Source: Utricularia gibba (Eukaryota; Plantae; Magnoliophyta). Taken from it: 64,000 nucleotides of DNA. Location: positions 2,356,001 to 2,420,000 of the forward strand of contig CM007989.1 in NCBI GenBank assembly GCA_002189035.1, given 5' to 3'. Under the pieces are notes generated by a model that saw nothing but the letters and a program-made list of their open reading frames with translations, had not been told where the DNA came from and did no database searches. The translations under genes and the position numbers were made by a program. This document shows, in pieces, positions 25,633-36,800 of this stretch. Positions within the stretch are counted from its first letter, which is position 1. Each line of letters begins with the position of its first letter.

Positions 25633-28217
25633 AGTATCACACTATGCTCTAACCAACTGAAAGCAAGCTACCACAGTTAAATATGTCTTAGTATAGATCT
25701 TTCAAAAAGAATAGAAGAAATCCATGGATGCAGAAAAACAAAAGAAACCTGGCGGATGTTAATAAGATATTCAAAGGAATCTTTTATGGTATTGCCGAAT
25801 GCCTCATTTTTGCCAAAGCTTTCCTCCCAAATCCTGTCTATATTTCCCTTGAGCTCCAATAAGTAAGGGACCATGTCTTTGTCCTTCTCTTCATCCAACA
25901 CAATACTCTGGCCAGTTTTTCGAATATACTGACTGAGGGACAGCCTTAAGGGTTCAACTGCATTGACCCTGGAGAACATTGTATACATTCTCTGCAAATC
26001 CTCAACACGCCTGCCATCCATCAGCATCACGAAACCCTGTACCACAGATGTGCCAAAAAAATTTAAAAAAACAGTAGTCAACATTACAAAAAATGTATAT
26101 TATAAAAAGAGCTAAAAATAACTGCTTTCAGGAAAAATAAAACACCTTATCCAGAATTCCAGTTATGTGACGCTCAAGAAGTTGCCTCTCAGCAGTAGCT
26201 ACTAGTGGTTTCTTCGTATTAGCATCCAGATAGACAAGGCATCTGTCGTGTTCATCTTGCAACCTTACCTGGAAATTACATATTCAAGAAGGTTGTCTTG
26301 ACAGAACTTTAATTTCTAAGTGGAAAAAGTAATTAGGCATTTGGCCTTCAAATACATAACAGAGACTTTAATTTCTAAGTGGAGAAAAAGGAAGTGACAT
26401 TCATGCCTCAACATGCTTTAGATAGTCAGCAACATCAGCCTGCTGCATATATTTGACGCCTTCTGCAGCATAAAATTCAGATGTTCGGTCGAGGAAAGGC
26501 TTCTCAAAGCTAACAGGGTAAATTCCCAACGCAGTGAACATCTTTAATAGATGACTGAGAAGTGTGCGATCAACGGTTTCACCTAGTCTATGAGAAAAAG
26601 AAATAATGATGAAACAAAAGAAGTCCATGAGATAAAACAGAAATGACTACAGCACGTGGGAAAGCACATGTCGAGCATACAACACTAGTTGTGTGCTGGG
26701 TTATGAGAGCTATGAAAAGTGTGTTACCTCTCACTCTCGATCATTTTCAGGATACCAAACACAGTTTTGTGCTCTACTTCAGAAGCAAGAGAAAGATGTT
26801 TGCGAAAGAGCTGCAACCCCATGTCCCATAAAGACTTGACATCTTGAGATTGCTTTACATATTTTCTGTCCAAAAGAAGTGCAATACCTCTAATCATCAG
26901 CATCTGATCACAAAAGTCCTGCCAGCACTTCTCAACATATGATAAGAACACGGCCAAGTCTTCACTTTGTCCAACTAAAAATTGCAAGGAAGAAGCTATG
27001 TAGAATTCACACTCCTTTTCAATTTTTTGATACAAACTTCCACCCATTCCATGCTGACAGAGGTTACCGACCGCCTTAGGTTGATAAATTTCACAATCAG
27101 TATGAGGTGATAGCATCTCAATCACAAGAAGAGTGCATAAAATTTTACCTGATATAGCACTTCAGAATCACAAGGAGTAGGCTGCTTCAAAAATATGCAA
27201 CTGATAGCAGACTTGAGAGTTGCCCATGTATTTTCCTCAAAATTAATCGGCAAAGTTGGCGTGGCTTCAGAGAGAACACAGAAACACGAAGATGATAATA
27301 GGAACAAATCATCAGATAGACACAAGCAAGGTCATGTGCTCTCAGTCATCCACGCACTACAGCCTATTTATCCAGTTTATCGCAAATTATTGGGGTCGGA
27401 AAGCGAGAACATTCAAATTTGAAGCGCTTCCTGATAACCTAGATACTGTATCCTTGTCACTTTAATTGCAAAACCCATGGGCGTGGAGCAACCAGTTCAG
27501 TCAAAGCTCTAACCCTATCAGCTCATCAGAAACCAATAGTCCTACATCCTTGCGTACTGAAGCAAAAAGGCATTGTATAATACAGACGAAGCTCATCTGA
27601 CCACCTCTACATCGTCTCTTAAGACTTTCCCAAAAACAAAACCACAGCAGTTTAAACTCAATTACAAACCCATCGATGACAAAATGCAAATTGAAACTTC
27701 ACCGGAATACGACACTATTAAATCCACTAAACGCATCCATTCTTCTCTACAATCCTCAAAACAAAGTGAACATTGTACCTTTATGAAGCTTAATCACAAA
27801 TTTTTTGGCAGGCTGAGGAGGCGTGGCCTTCTTCCTTGACAGATTCGCGGTGACTCCACCACCAGAAGGGCCAGCGACGCGGCCGAAAGCAACCGGTGAA
27901 GGAGAAGCTTCCATTGCGGTATCGGTATCATCTTCGATCATGGGTGAATCAACTGGAGCGTCAGAAAAGTGAGGATGAGAAGAAACCTGCTGCTGCTCCG
28001 TAATGTTGCCATCACCGGAACACGCCACGGCCTGAGACTTAGCTTTCTTCATCGGAGAGCCAATCGAAGCCGAGGCGGCGCCGGCGCGCTTGACGGAGTT
28101 AGAAGGAGACGGGCACTGCGACGAGGAGCGCTTGAAGGAACAGGCGGAGGAGTCTGAAGCGGAGGAGTCGAATTTAGACATAGAAGATGAATGGAAAACT
28201 TCAGATGCGCTACTCAT
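23510..28217 (-). CDS. CUL4: Cullin-4 (multi-exon)
   Basis: [49 protein letters not shown], and the neddylation domain [13 protein letters not shown]...[21 protein letters not shown]. Confidence 0.97.
25602..25628. repeat. (AG)n microsatellite, ~13 units, forming the (CT)n polypyrimidine tract of a CUL4 3' splice site
   Basis: Read directly; abuts the TTTTTTTCAG acceptor on the minus strand. Confidence 0.9.
26301..26390. repeat. Imperfect ~30-bp direct repeat in a CUL4 intron
   Basis: ACAGAACTTTAATTTCTAAGTGGAAAAAG (26301-26329) and ACAGAGACTTTAATTTCTAAGTGGAGAAAAAG (26359-26390). Confidence 0.8.
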
Positions 28218-28914
28218 TTACGGGGACAGCGTTCGCAGTAACTCTTTGCCAACGGCAGGTTTCATTTTCACCGTGAGCAACCAGTTAAAAAACTAAGGCC
28301 CAGGTTAAGTTTTATTCACTTGGGGTCAGTAATCCACTTCGGCCAGTTAAAAAGGCCCTCAGGCCCAACTAAAAAAGCTCAATGCCCATCGTCTCCAAGA
28401 AACTCTCTCGGCTCCACCCACTTTCCCTGGTTTCTTTTCCTTCCGGTAAGAATCCGAACGACCGGAATCTCTCTCGCAAATTTTGAGGTAACGGCGATAA
28501 CGTGCCCCCCCCCCCCCTTCCCTTTCTCCCTTTTGTCAAAGGCAAGAAAGTAGCCTTTTTGACCCATAGTCCACGCTCATTCTTTGGATACCAGAAATTT
28601 ATCAAGTAGATTGGATTGTGAACTCCTAGATCCATCCAATGCAGAATGGAGACTATGGAAATGTAAAAATCTGATGCTATGCAGTTAAAGCCCGTCGCTT
28701 ACAGATAGACAGACAACTCAACTATTAGAGGCTCCACAGATCCGCGTTGGTGTCCTTGCTGTCTGTCGCGTGTGAAATTTCACACCAGAGTATGTAAACA
28801 AAATTCCCCATACCCTTTTCTCGCGAGATCCCATTTCCCTTCCGCCTGGTGCATTCCTCTGCCCCCTCTGGTTTTATACACAGAAGGGTTTTTGATACTC
28901 GGATTGCACTTTCC

Positions 28915-30247
28915 ATGGCGTGTGGGACTATATGCAGATGGGTTTCACTTTTCCTCCTCTTCTCACCATTCTACGCTGCTGCTGCCATTACTTCTCCACC
29001 TGTTGAGGATGGTATCTGATTTAATCTATTTTTTCTCCACGCTTTCCTATGGAATTGTGACTGTGAGTGTGTTTTTTGAAGGCTTACTGTTGAATGGCGA
29101 CTTCGAGAATCCACCTTCCGGCGGATTTGCTTCCCAAACGGGGATCTCCGATGGGCCGCCTTCGATTCCGGGGTGGAGGACAAACGGCACAGTGGAGATA
29201 GTGGATGCTGGCGAGAGACAAGGGGGGATGATTCTCATTGTCCCACGAGGCGCCCACGCCGTCCGGCTGGGAAATGATGCCGAGATCTGGCAGGAGGTGA
29301 CGGTAGAGAAAGGCGCTACTTACTCCATTACCTTCGCCGCTGCCCGCACCTGCGCGCAGCTCGAGTCACTCAACGTGTCGGTGCCACCGCGACTCAGACT
29401 ATCGATCTTCAGACTCTGTACAGCGTGCAGGGCTGGGACTCCTACGCTTGGGCTTTCACGGCGGAGACGGAAGAAGCGACGGTGGTGTTCAGAAATCCCG
29501 GTATGGAGGATGACCCAACTTGTGGGCCCATCATCGACGACATCGCTATCAAAAAGCTTTTTCTCCCCGCAAAGCCCAAAGGTATCTATCTACAGTGCAA
29601 GACCCGATGCACATTAATTCCTTTCTGGGCCTGAGGTTTTAGGGTTTCGGCCCATTGACGCAGGTAACGCCGTGGTGAACGGAGACTTCGAGGAGGGGCC
29701 ATGGATGTTGAGAAACGAATCCCTAGGAGTTCTCCTCCCGACGAATCTCGAACTCAACACTTCTTCTCTTCCGGGCTGGACCGTGGAATCCAACCGTGCT
29801 GTGCGCTACATCGATTCGTATCACTTCACGGTACCCGGCGGGCGTCGGGCCGTGGAATTGCTCTCTGGCAAAGAAGGCATCCTTTCGCAAACGGTAAAAA
29901 CGAAACCGAATGCAGCGTACACGATGAGTTTCTCCATCGGACACGCGTCCGATTCCTGCAAGCAGCCTTTAGCGGTGATGGCGTTCGCCGGCGACCAGGC
30001 GAGGAACATCCATTACACCCCAACTTCCAATTCGACGTTTCAATCCGCCGGCGTTAATTTCACTGCGAGAGCGGATAAGACGCGCATTGCGTTCTACAGC
30101 ATTTACTACAATACGAGGAGCGACGACATGAGCTCCTTGTGCGGCCCGGTGGTCGATGATATCAAGGTTGAGCTCTCCAGCTCCGCCATCACCGTGCCTC
30201 GAGCTTTCTGGTTCCTCTTCTTGGTCACGTACGTGGTTTTGGTGTAG
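28915..30247 (+). CDS. DUF642 cell-wall protein with signal peptide and hydrophobic, GPI-like C-terminus; exons 28915-29011, 29082-29581, 29664-30247; apparent 1-nt deletion at ~29389
   Basis: DGLLLNGDFENPP, GAHAVRLGNDA, FRNPGMEDDPTCGPIIDDIAI, SLCGPVVDDIKV, and the tail AFWFLFLVTYVVLV. Exon 2 is 500 nt where 501 would keep phase. Confidence 0.9.
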
Positions 30248-31299
30248 GGACCCACTCTAACTTTCAATAAGCAATAGATCCCCCTTATCCATATTTTTAT
30301 CATTAAATTAAAAAGTAATTAATGGAAACTATTTACAGCCGAACATGACGATTGGATTGAACCCTAAGCAGTTTTCTTTCTACTCATATACTTGTACAGG
30401 AATTAAATATATTTTAAATTATGATTAAATAATGTGTTTATTGAAATATATAGAACTCAAGGATTCTGGGTTACCGCATGATTTGAATATTTTGCTGAAT
30501 GGGGAAAATATTTCCAATAAATATAGAAGCAACTCCCACAGAGAGAGGCCCGCGTGTACGGCGATGATTGAAGGAAGGTCTCTGCGGCGCACTCCGGCTG
30601 TCCAAAACCATGGGCATCATCGACACAATTCGCGCTGGCATGGGGCCCATTTCTTTTTTAAAATAAAACGCAACAAATTATTATATATGTAAATCAGGCA
30701 CCATGCCTATTATTTCTCCACAAGTCTAAAGTTAGGATAAAGCATAGTATTATTAATTATAATTGAGATTCCATGGTGGACATGTCTCGCAGACATACTC
30801 CACGGCACGCCTAGCTGGATTCCACACACACATCCTGACGCAAATGTGTAAGTAGTCCGTTGCTTGTGTCGCCGCCGCACACGGGGTGGATACCTCGCTA
30901 AATGCCATCGGACTTAATTAGCACATCCGGCCTTGCTGCGCGGCGCCACCCTTGACCCTCCCACGCGCCGCCGTGCCTGTGTTTGTGACACGGACGCCGG
31001 GGGTTGGCGGATGATCACACGGGGTAATAACATAGGTATCCTCGGCAAGTGAATTTTGGACAGCCCAGTTAATTAATGTCTGGGGAACATTTTCAGATAC
31101 GAAAGTGTGACCTCCTCAAGCTGATTCCAAGCACTGGAAAGGAGGTTGACTACGCCAATCATCAGGTTGATCGTCTTTATAAATGCGCCCACACGCTCTG
31201 TCCGGCCGCGGTCTTCCCCTTACTTTTTTTTTATTCAGCTTTTTTCTTATCCGGCAGTCACTTTTTTGTTCCCGTTGACAAGCAACGGCCGCCGTTGAG

Positions 31300-32789
31300 A
31301 TGGAGGGGGACTCATGGGCGGTTGTTATGATATTTCTCCGATGCCTGTTCACCGGGCTCGCCCTGCTGGTGCTATTCGAACAGATCTCGTACCTCAAGAG
31401 GAAGCGGTTTCTTCCTGGGCCCACACTCGTGCTCCCCTTCATCGGAAACGCCGTCTCTATGGTGTTGAATCCCACCAAGTTCTGGGAAACGCAATCGGCG
31501 TATGCGAAATCCTCGCCGCTCGGGATCTCCGGCAATTACCTCATCGGCCGATATATTCTCTACATTTACTCGACAGAGCTGTCTCACAAAATCTTCGCCA
31601 ACGTTCGCCCCGACGCCTTCCATCTCATCGGGCACCCCTTTGGGAAGAAGCTCTTCGGGGAGCACAATCTGATTTATATGTTTGGGCAGGAGCACAAGGA
31701 TTTGCGCCGCCGTATCGCGCCTAATTTCACACCCAAGGCGCTGCAGACGTACGGCGTTATCCAGCAGAGGATTATCATCAAACACCTGGTGTCCTGGTGC
31801 GAGAATGCCAAGAACACGGCGATTCCGATTCGGGTTCTGTGCCGGGATATGAACTTAGAGACTTCTCAGACGGTTTTCGTCGGTCCCTACTTGACGGAGG
31901 AGGCCCAGCGGCGATTCAACGAGGATTACAACCTGTTCAACGTGGGGCTCATGAAACTTCCGATTGATTTACCTGGGTTCGCTTTCAGGGACGCGAGGCT
32001 TGCCGTCGGGAGGTTGGTGGAGACGCTGGGCGTTTGCGTGGAGGAGAGCGAGAAGAGGATGAAAGCTGGCGAAGAGCCCGTTTGCTTGATCGATTTCTGG
32101 ATGCAGGAGAATCTGAGGGAATATTCCGAGAAGCCGTTTGAGTACAGTTACAGGGAAATCGGCGGCCATTTGTTCGATTTCCTCTTCGCGGCACAAGACG
32201 CCTCGACTTCTTCCCTGCTCTGGGCTGTAAGTTTCCTTGATTCCCACCGCCACGTTCTGAATCGAGTGAGACAGGAGGTCTCCGATTTGTGGTCGCCAGA
32301 CTCGGATTCCGCCATATCCGGGGAGCAATTGAGGGAGATGAAGTACACGGAGGCGGTGGCGCGTGAGGTCGTAAGGATCCGAGCCCCAGCGACGCTGGTC
32401 CCCCACATCGCCGGAGTGGATTTCCCGTTGACGGAGGATTACGTCATCCCCAAGGGGACGATCGTCTTCCCCTCGGTCTTCGATTCCTCCTTCCAAGGGT
32501 TCCCCGATCCGGAAACATTCGACCCGGCCCGGTTCATGCCCGACCGACAGGAGGATCGTGTTTACAAGCAGAACTACCTGGCGTTCGGGGCGGGGCCCAC
32601 CAGTGCGTGGGCCAGAGGTACGCCATCAACCACCTCATGATCTTCATCGCGATGCTCGCCACGTTGGTGGATTTCAAGAGGGACGTAACGGACGGCTGCG
32701 ATGACATCGCGTACGTCCCCACGATCGTTCCCAAGGACGAGTGCAGGGTGTTCCTAAAGCCGCTCCGCACCAGATTCCCTTCTCTGTGA
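31300..32789 (+). CDS. CYP710A: Cytochrome P450 CYP710A (sterol C-22 desaturase), intronless; apparent 1-nt deletion in the heme motif at ~32597
   Basis: [27 protein letters not shown] and [15 protein letters not shown]. The heme motif reads FGAGP, then continues [13 protein letters not shown] in another frame to the stop at 32789. Confidence 0.93.
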
Positions 32790-33243
32790 CGGAAAAGCCC
32801 TCCCTGCTCCTTCCCGTTGCTCTTGTTGGTTGCCATCATTCATCATCATCATTTCATTGTAATTATAAAAAAGAAAAAAGAAAAAGAAAAAAAACGCTGC
32901 TGATTGTTTCGAAACCTGAATGAATGAATAAAGTGTGCGTGCTTTGCTTAGGGATTGTATTTTTAATTGCGATTCAATACAATTGAAGGCAAATCCGGAG
33001 TGACCACCAGACAGGATGTGATCGCGGTGGGATCAAGATGCTTCTTCCTTCACATGACCCCGGCTTTATACCGTGGCATCGTGCAAATGCTACCTAGCTA
33101 CTGACTGTCTAAGGGTTCGATGAGGGTTCTGGATTCTCCAGGACTCTGCACTGCACCATCGGATGCTGCTGCTGTTCCTCCATCGCTCTTCAGCAGATAC
33201 ACACATCGGATGCCGACTGAGAGTAGGATTGATGAATGTTTTT

Positions 33244-33294
33244 GTCCCACATCGGATGCCGACTAGAGAGAGAGTGGCTTTTGGGGATATAAAA
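33244..33294 (+). promoter_or_regulatory. Plant Pol II snRNA promoter: USE plus TATA
   Basis: GTCCCACATCG at 33244-33254 matches the RTCCCACATCG USE consensus. TATAAAA is at 33288-33294. The 33-bp gap is Pol II-type spacing, and TATA lies ~30 bp before the U4 5' end. Confidence 0.9.
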
Positions 33295-33320
33295 TGGGAG
33301 CAAACTCGCATTAGATTTCC

Positions 33321-33471
33321 ATCTTTGCGCTTGGGGCAATGACGCAGCTAGTGAGGTTCTAACCGAGGCGCGTCTATTGCTGGTTGAAAACTATTTCCAA
33401 ACCCCCTCCTAGGCTTGGTTCAACCGAGCCTAAGAGAATTTCTGGAAGGGCTTCCGCATGAGAAAGCCCTA
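33321..33471 (+). ncRNA. U4: U4 spliceosomal snRNA
   Basis: ATCTTTGCGCTTGGGGCAATGACGCAGCTAGTGAGGTTCTAACCGAGGCGCGTCTATTGCTGGTTGAAAACTATTTCCAAACCCCC matches plant U4 as recalled. Sm site AATTTCTGG at 33437-33445, 3' stem-loop AGGGCTT...AAAGCCCT, and a 3'-box-like CA(N)nAGT downstream. Confidence 0.96.
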
Positions 33472-33885
33472 AAAAGCAAATCACAAGTTTCGAATTTTTC
33501 ATTATTGTACAAATGTAGCATTAATTAGACTTGCAATAAAGATACCAGTACAGAGGTTTATTATTGTAGTGCAGATGTACTACGTATCTTATCATTAGAA
33601 TTGTTAATATATATTTTCAAACTCTCATTCGAACACATGAAAGGAAGACACAAATTGGGATGGCAATCGTTGATGAAATGTAATGAATAAGAATAATGAG
33701 GGAGCAGGCAGCGCCAGCATTATTTTCGGCAAAGAAGATGAGATGGATATGCACAGCGGGGTCGCGACCTGGGGCAGAACTCCACAAAAAGCTGTACAAC
33801 GAAGCTGCTGGATGCTCTCAGGTTCACGCCATTTATTCCGGTAGCTCAACCTCGTCCTTCGGACGGGCTGCCCATTAGCTACAAG

Positions 33886-36800
33886 TTAGCTCAATGAAAA
33901 TGTGCTTCCAGTGCAATCCACTGGAAGAAAGTTTCAGAGTACCCCTCGATGCTTCCCGCATCCGCAGTCCCCGTCTCCTGTAGCAACAGCAGCATCAACT
34001 GAGTTGGGTTGCATTGTTTGTGTGGTGTTTGAGTAAACAGAAACTGAAAACAGAAGGTACAACCACCTGAACGCTGCGAAGGGAAAGCCCAGAAGAGTTC
34101 GTCTCAGGTTTGATTTCACCGGATGATGATGTCCTGGAACGTGGGAATGCAAACACTGATCTGCAAATGCGAACAAACTTTCGAATCCTTCGTCTTGGAG
34201 TGAGAATAAGCGAAGGTGAATCTTACCCTTCATATGCTGCGTCTTCCTCGAATGAGTTGCCGGATGAAGGGACCCGATCAACGTCAAGAAAATTGGTGTA
34301 AGCAGACTCTCTACAGAGGACAGCGTTCTTTTCGGTCGCTGGGGGAGTACACCTGCATGAATATTTCAAACAGCAGAAAGAAGAGACCCTTAGAAGAATG
34401 AGATAAGAAGATTGATTCATATCTAGCATCCAGTCCATAAGCTTCACATCATAAACATACCAAGATGTATCATTTGGCACCACATCAGAGGCTGCGTTGC
34501 TGTTATCGCAAATAATGATTCCATCAGATAATGATCTTTTGAATGAAGTCCTGATAATCAGATGCAATTACATCAGAAAGATGGTATAAGAGAGGGCATA
34601 TTCTTAAACAGTACCAGCTGTCGGAGACCAAAGTGTGTACCTGGTACGTTCCTCGAAGTCAGAACTGCTGTGTGTGAAACCATGATGCTGATCAGAATCA
34701 AGCTGCCAGAGAGATGGCTTACCCAATTGGGGCTGGAAATGACCCAACAATCTGCTTAAATGTGAAATATCACCATCATATAGCAATAGACCATTATATG
34801 ATCCCTTCATGCAAAAACAGCATAAGTTGCAAAAACTGAAATTCACCATACATATTAATGGCGTTTTGTTTGTCACCATCTGTATATACATTACGTATGT
34901 AACGTTGAAGATTTCTCATAATCCCCTGCGACTGTGTTGCTGGTTTCCACTGGCCTCTTAGCTCTGCAAACAGCTGTTTAAACGAGGACACATGCTGAAA
35001 GATAAGGTATTTTCCAAAGACATACCGAAATCAAAACCCAAGAACAAAAAAAGGTGAGAATGACCTTAAACAGAAATATCAATTAGAAGATACATGCATG
35101 TTAGACTTGCTGCCTTCTCATGGAGTAGTCCAGCAAATGTATTGATTTTAGGAGTTGCTATGATGTAGGGTCTTGTTAGCACACATTCCTAATTATTACA
35201 ATTTCTATAATTAAAGAAGGGTCTGGGCAGGTTAATACTTAATAATAAGCTAAATAACCGTTTGTACCTTGTTATGTGCAGCAGACCCACCATACTGCAT
35301 AGAAAGCGTGTCACCCATAGCTTCATAAATATCCATAATGTCATAAGCCAAAGGAGAATCGACACTGATGGTGGAACCATCGAGGTATCCCATGATATGC
35401 AACTGACGACCGAGAGCAGCAAGTCCAAAGGCAAATTGTGCAAAGTTTGTGCGATCTAAACAGTCTACACAGTTTGTTCTCAAGACTCCTGCCTGAAGCA
35501 ATAGTGGCTTCGGAAAATGGCTTGTGTCCACATCAGTGCAATCATAGGTATGACTAGTTCCCACATTATGTTCATCCATGGTGACATTGTTGATGCCCTC
35601 ACCCGAGCGGTGAATGCTGGAATTGTCACTGCATTATGAACATTCAAGATTTCCAACAAGTGAGAGATCAGGAGAAAGCACTTTCCAGATTTTTCTGTAG
35701 AGTGCGTAAAATGAATACACAGCAGACAATGCACACGAAATATTTATAATGCACATTAATAAAATTGGCACACAAGAATTTCAATATCCTCACCAAGAAG
35801 GATATTTACACTGAAAAGAGCACACTCATTACGTAGAAAAAAAGAACTATGTTGTCTAAGTATCTTTCTTCAACAACAGAATGAGCATGAAGCATTGCAT
35901 AAAGGATCTGTCATTCTACACAAACAATGACAGTCACGAACGGAAATGACAAGCAACAACCGCATGACTAAAAAGAAACAATGAAACTTATGCATCACAT
36001 ACAGAAGAATCAATCCACTTATATCCTTACCATGACGAAAGTTGTAATTCAGTGTAGAAAAAGCGAGTTAGCTCCATTACACTTTCAGCCACATTTTCCA
36101 AATACAGAAATGCAGAAATAGCATTCCTGTGGACAATATGAAAAATTCTGTATGATTAGAAAGCATAAAGCGAAAAACGTAAAAAAGAAGAGGAGAAGAA
36201 ATCATGCTTGTCGTACATTTTTGAGTATTGATCTAAGTCCCAGTGAAGGAATTTCAAACGATTTTCACAAGGGAAATCTTGATTAATGACTGCAATGGCA
36301 TTAGCAAACTCTGCTAGGAGAAGAGACTCTCTGGGTTTCTTCTCACGAGCCTTGCACAAAAAATGAGTATCATGTTATCAATGGCCTGCCTCAAAATACT
36401 GTAACTATCACATACGTATGAAGTGAAACGAACTTTATTCAACGCAAATTTTTACCTTTACAAGATTTAAAATGACAACAGGGTTCCCATATCTCTTTCC
36501 CAGGTTCTCAAAATGAAGTTTGGTAGCTTCATAATGGCCATCTTTCTTTGACACTGGAGACAAAAATAATTTTTTTAAAAAATACTTTGCAATAAGAAGC
36601 GTACTAGTAATAATCCATACATATAATGTCAGGTTTAAAAGTCAATGGCGAAGTCTCCTGAGACCAAAATAGTGGAATTGAACCCCGGTGTTGGACAATA
36701 GAGGATACTTGTGCAGGAAAACCTTCTTGAACGTCCTCAGTAACAATTTGCTCGGTTTCCACATCATTTGCTACACGACCCTTATCATTCACACCTCTTC

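Noticed and set aside
31314-32496. Several 130-175-aa alternative-frame and antisense ORFs
   Set aside because: By-products of high GC3 in the CYP710A coding region.
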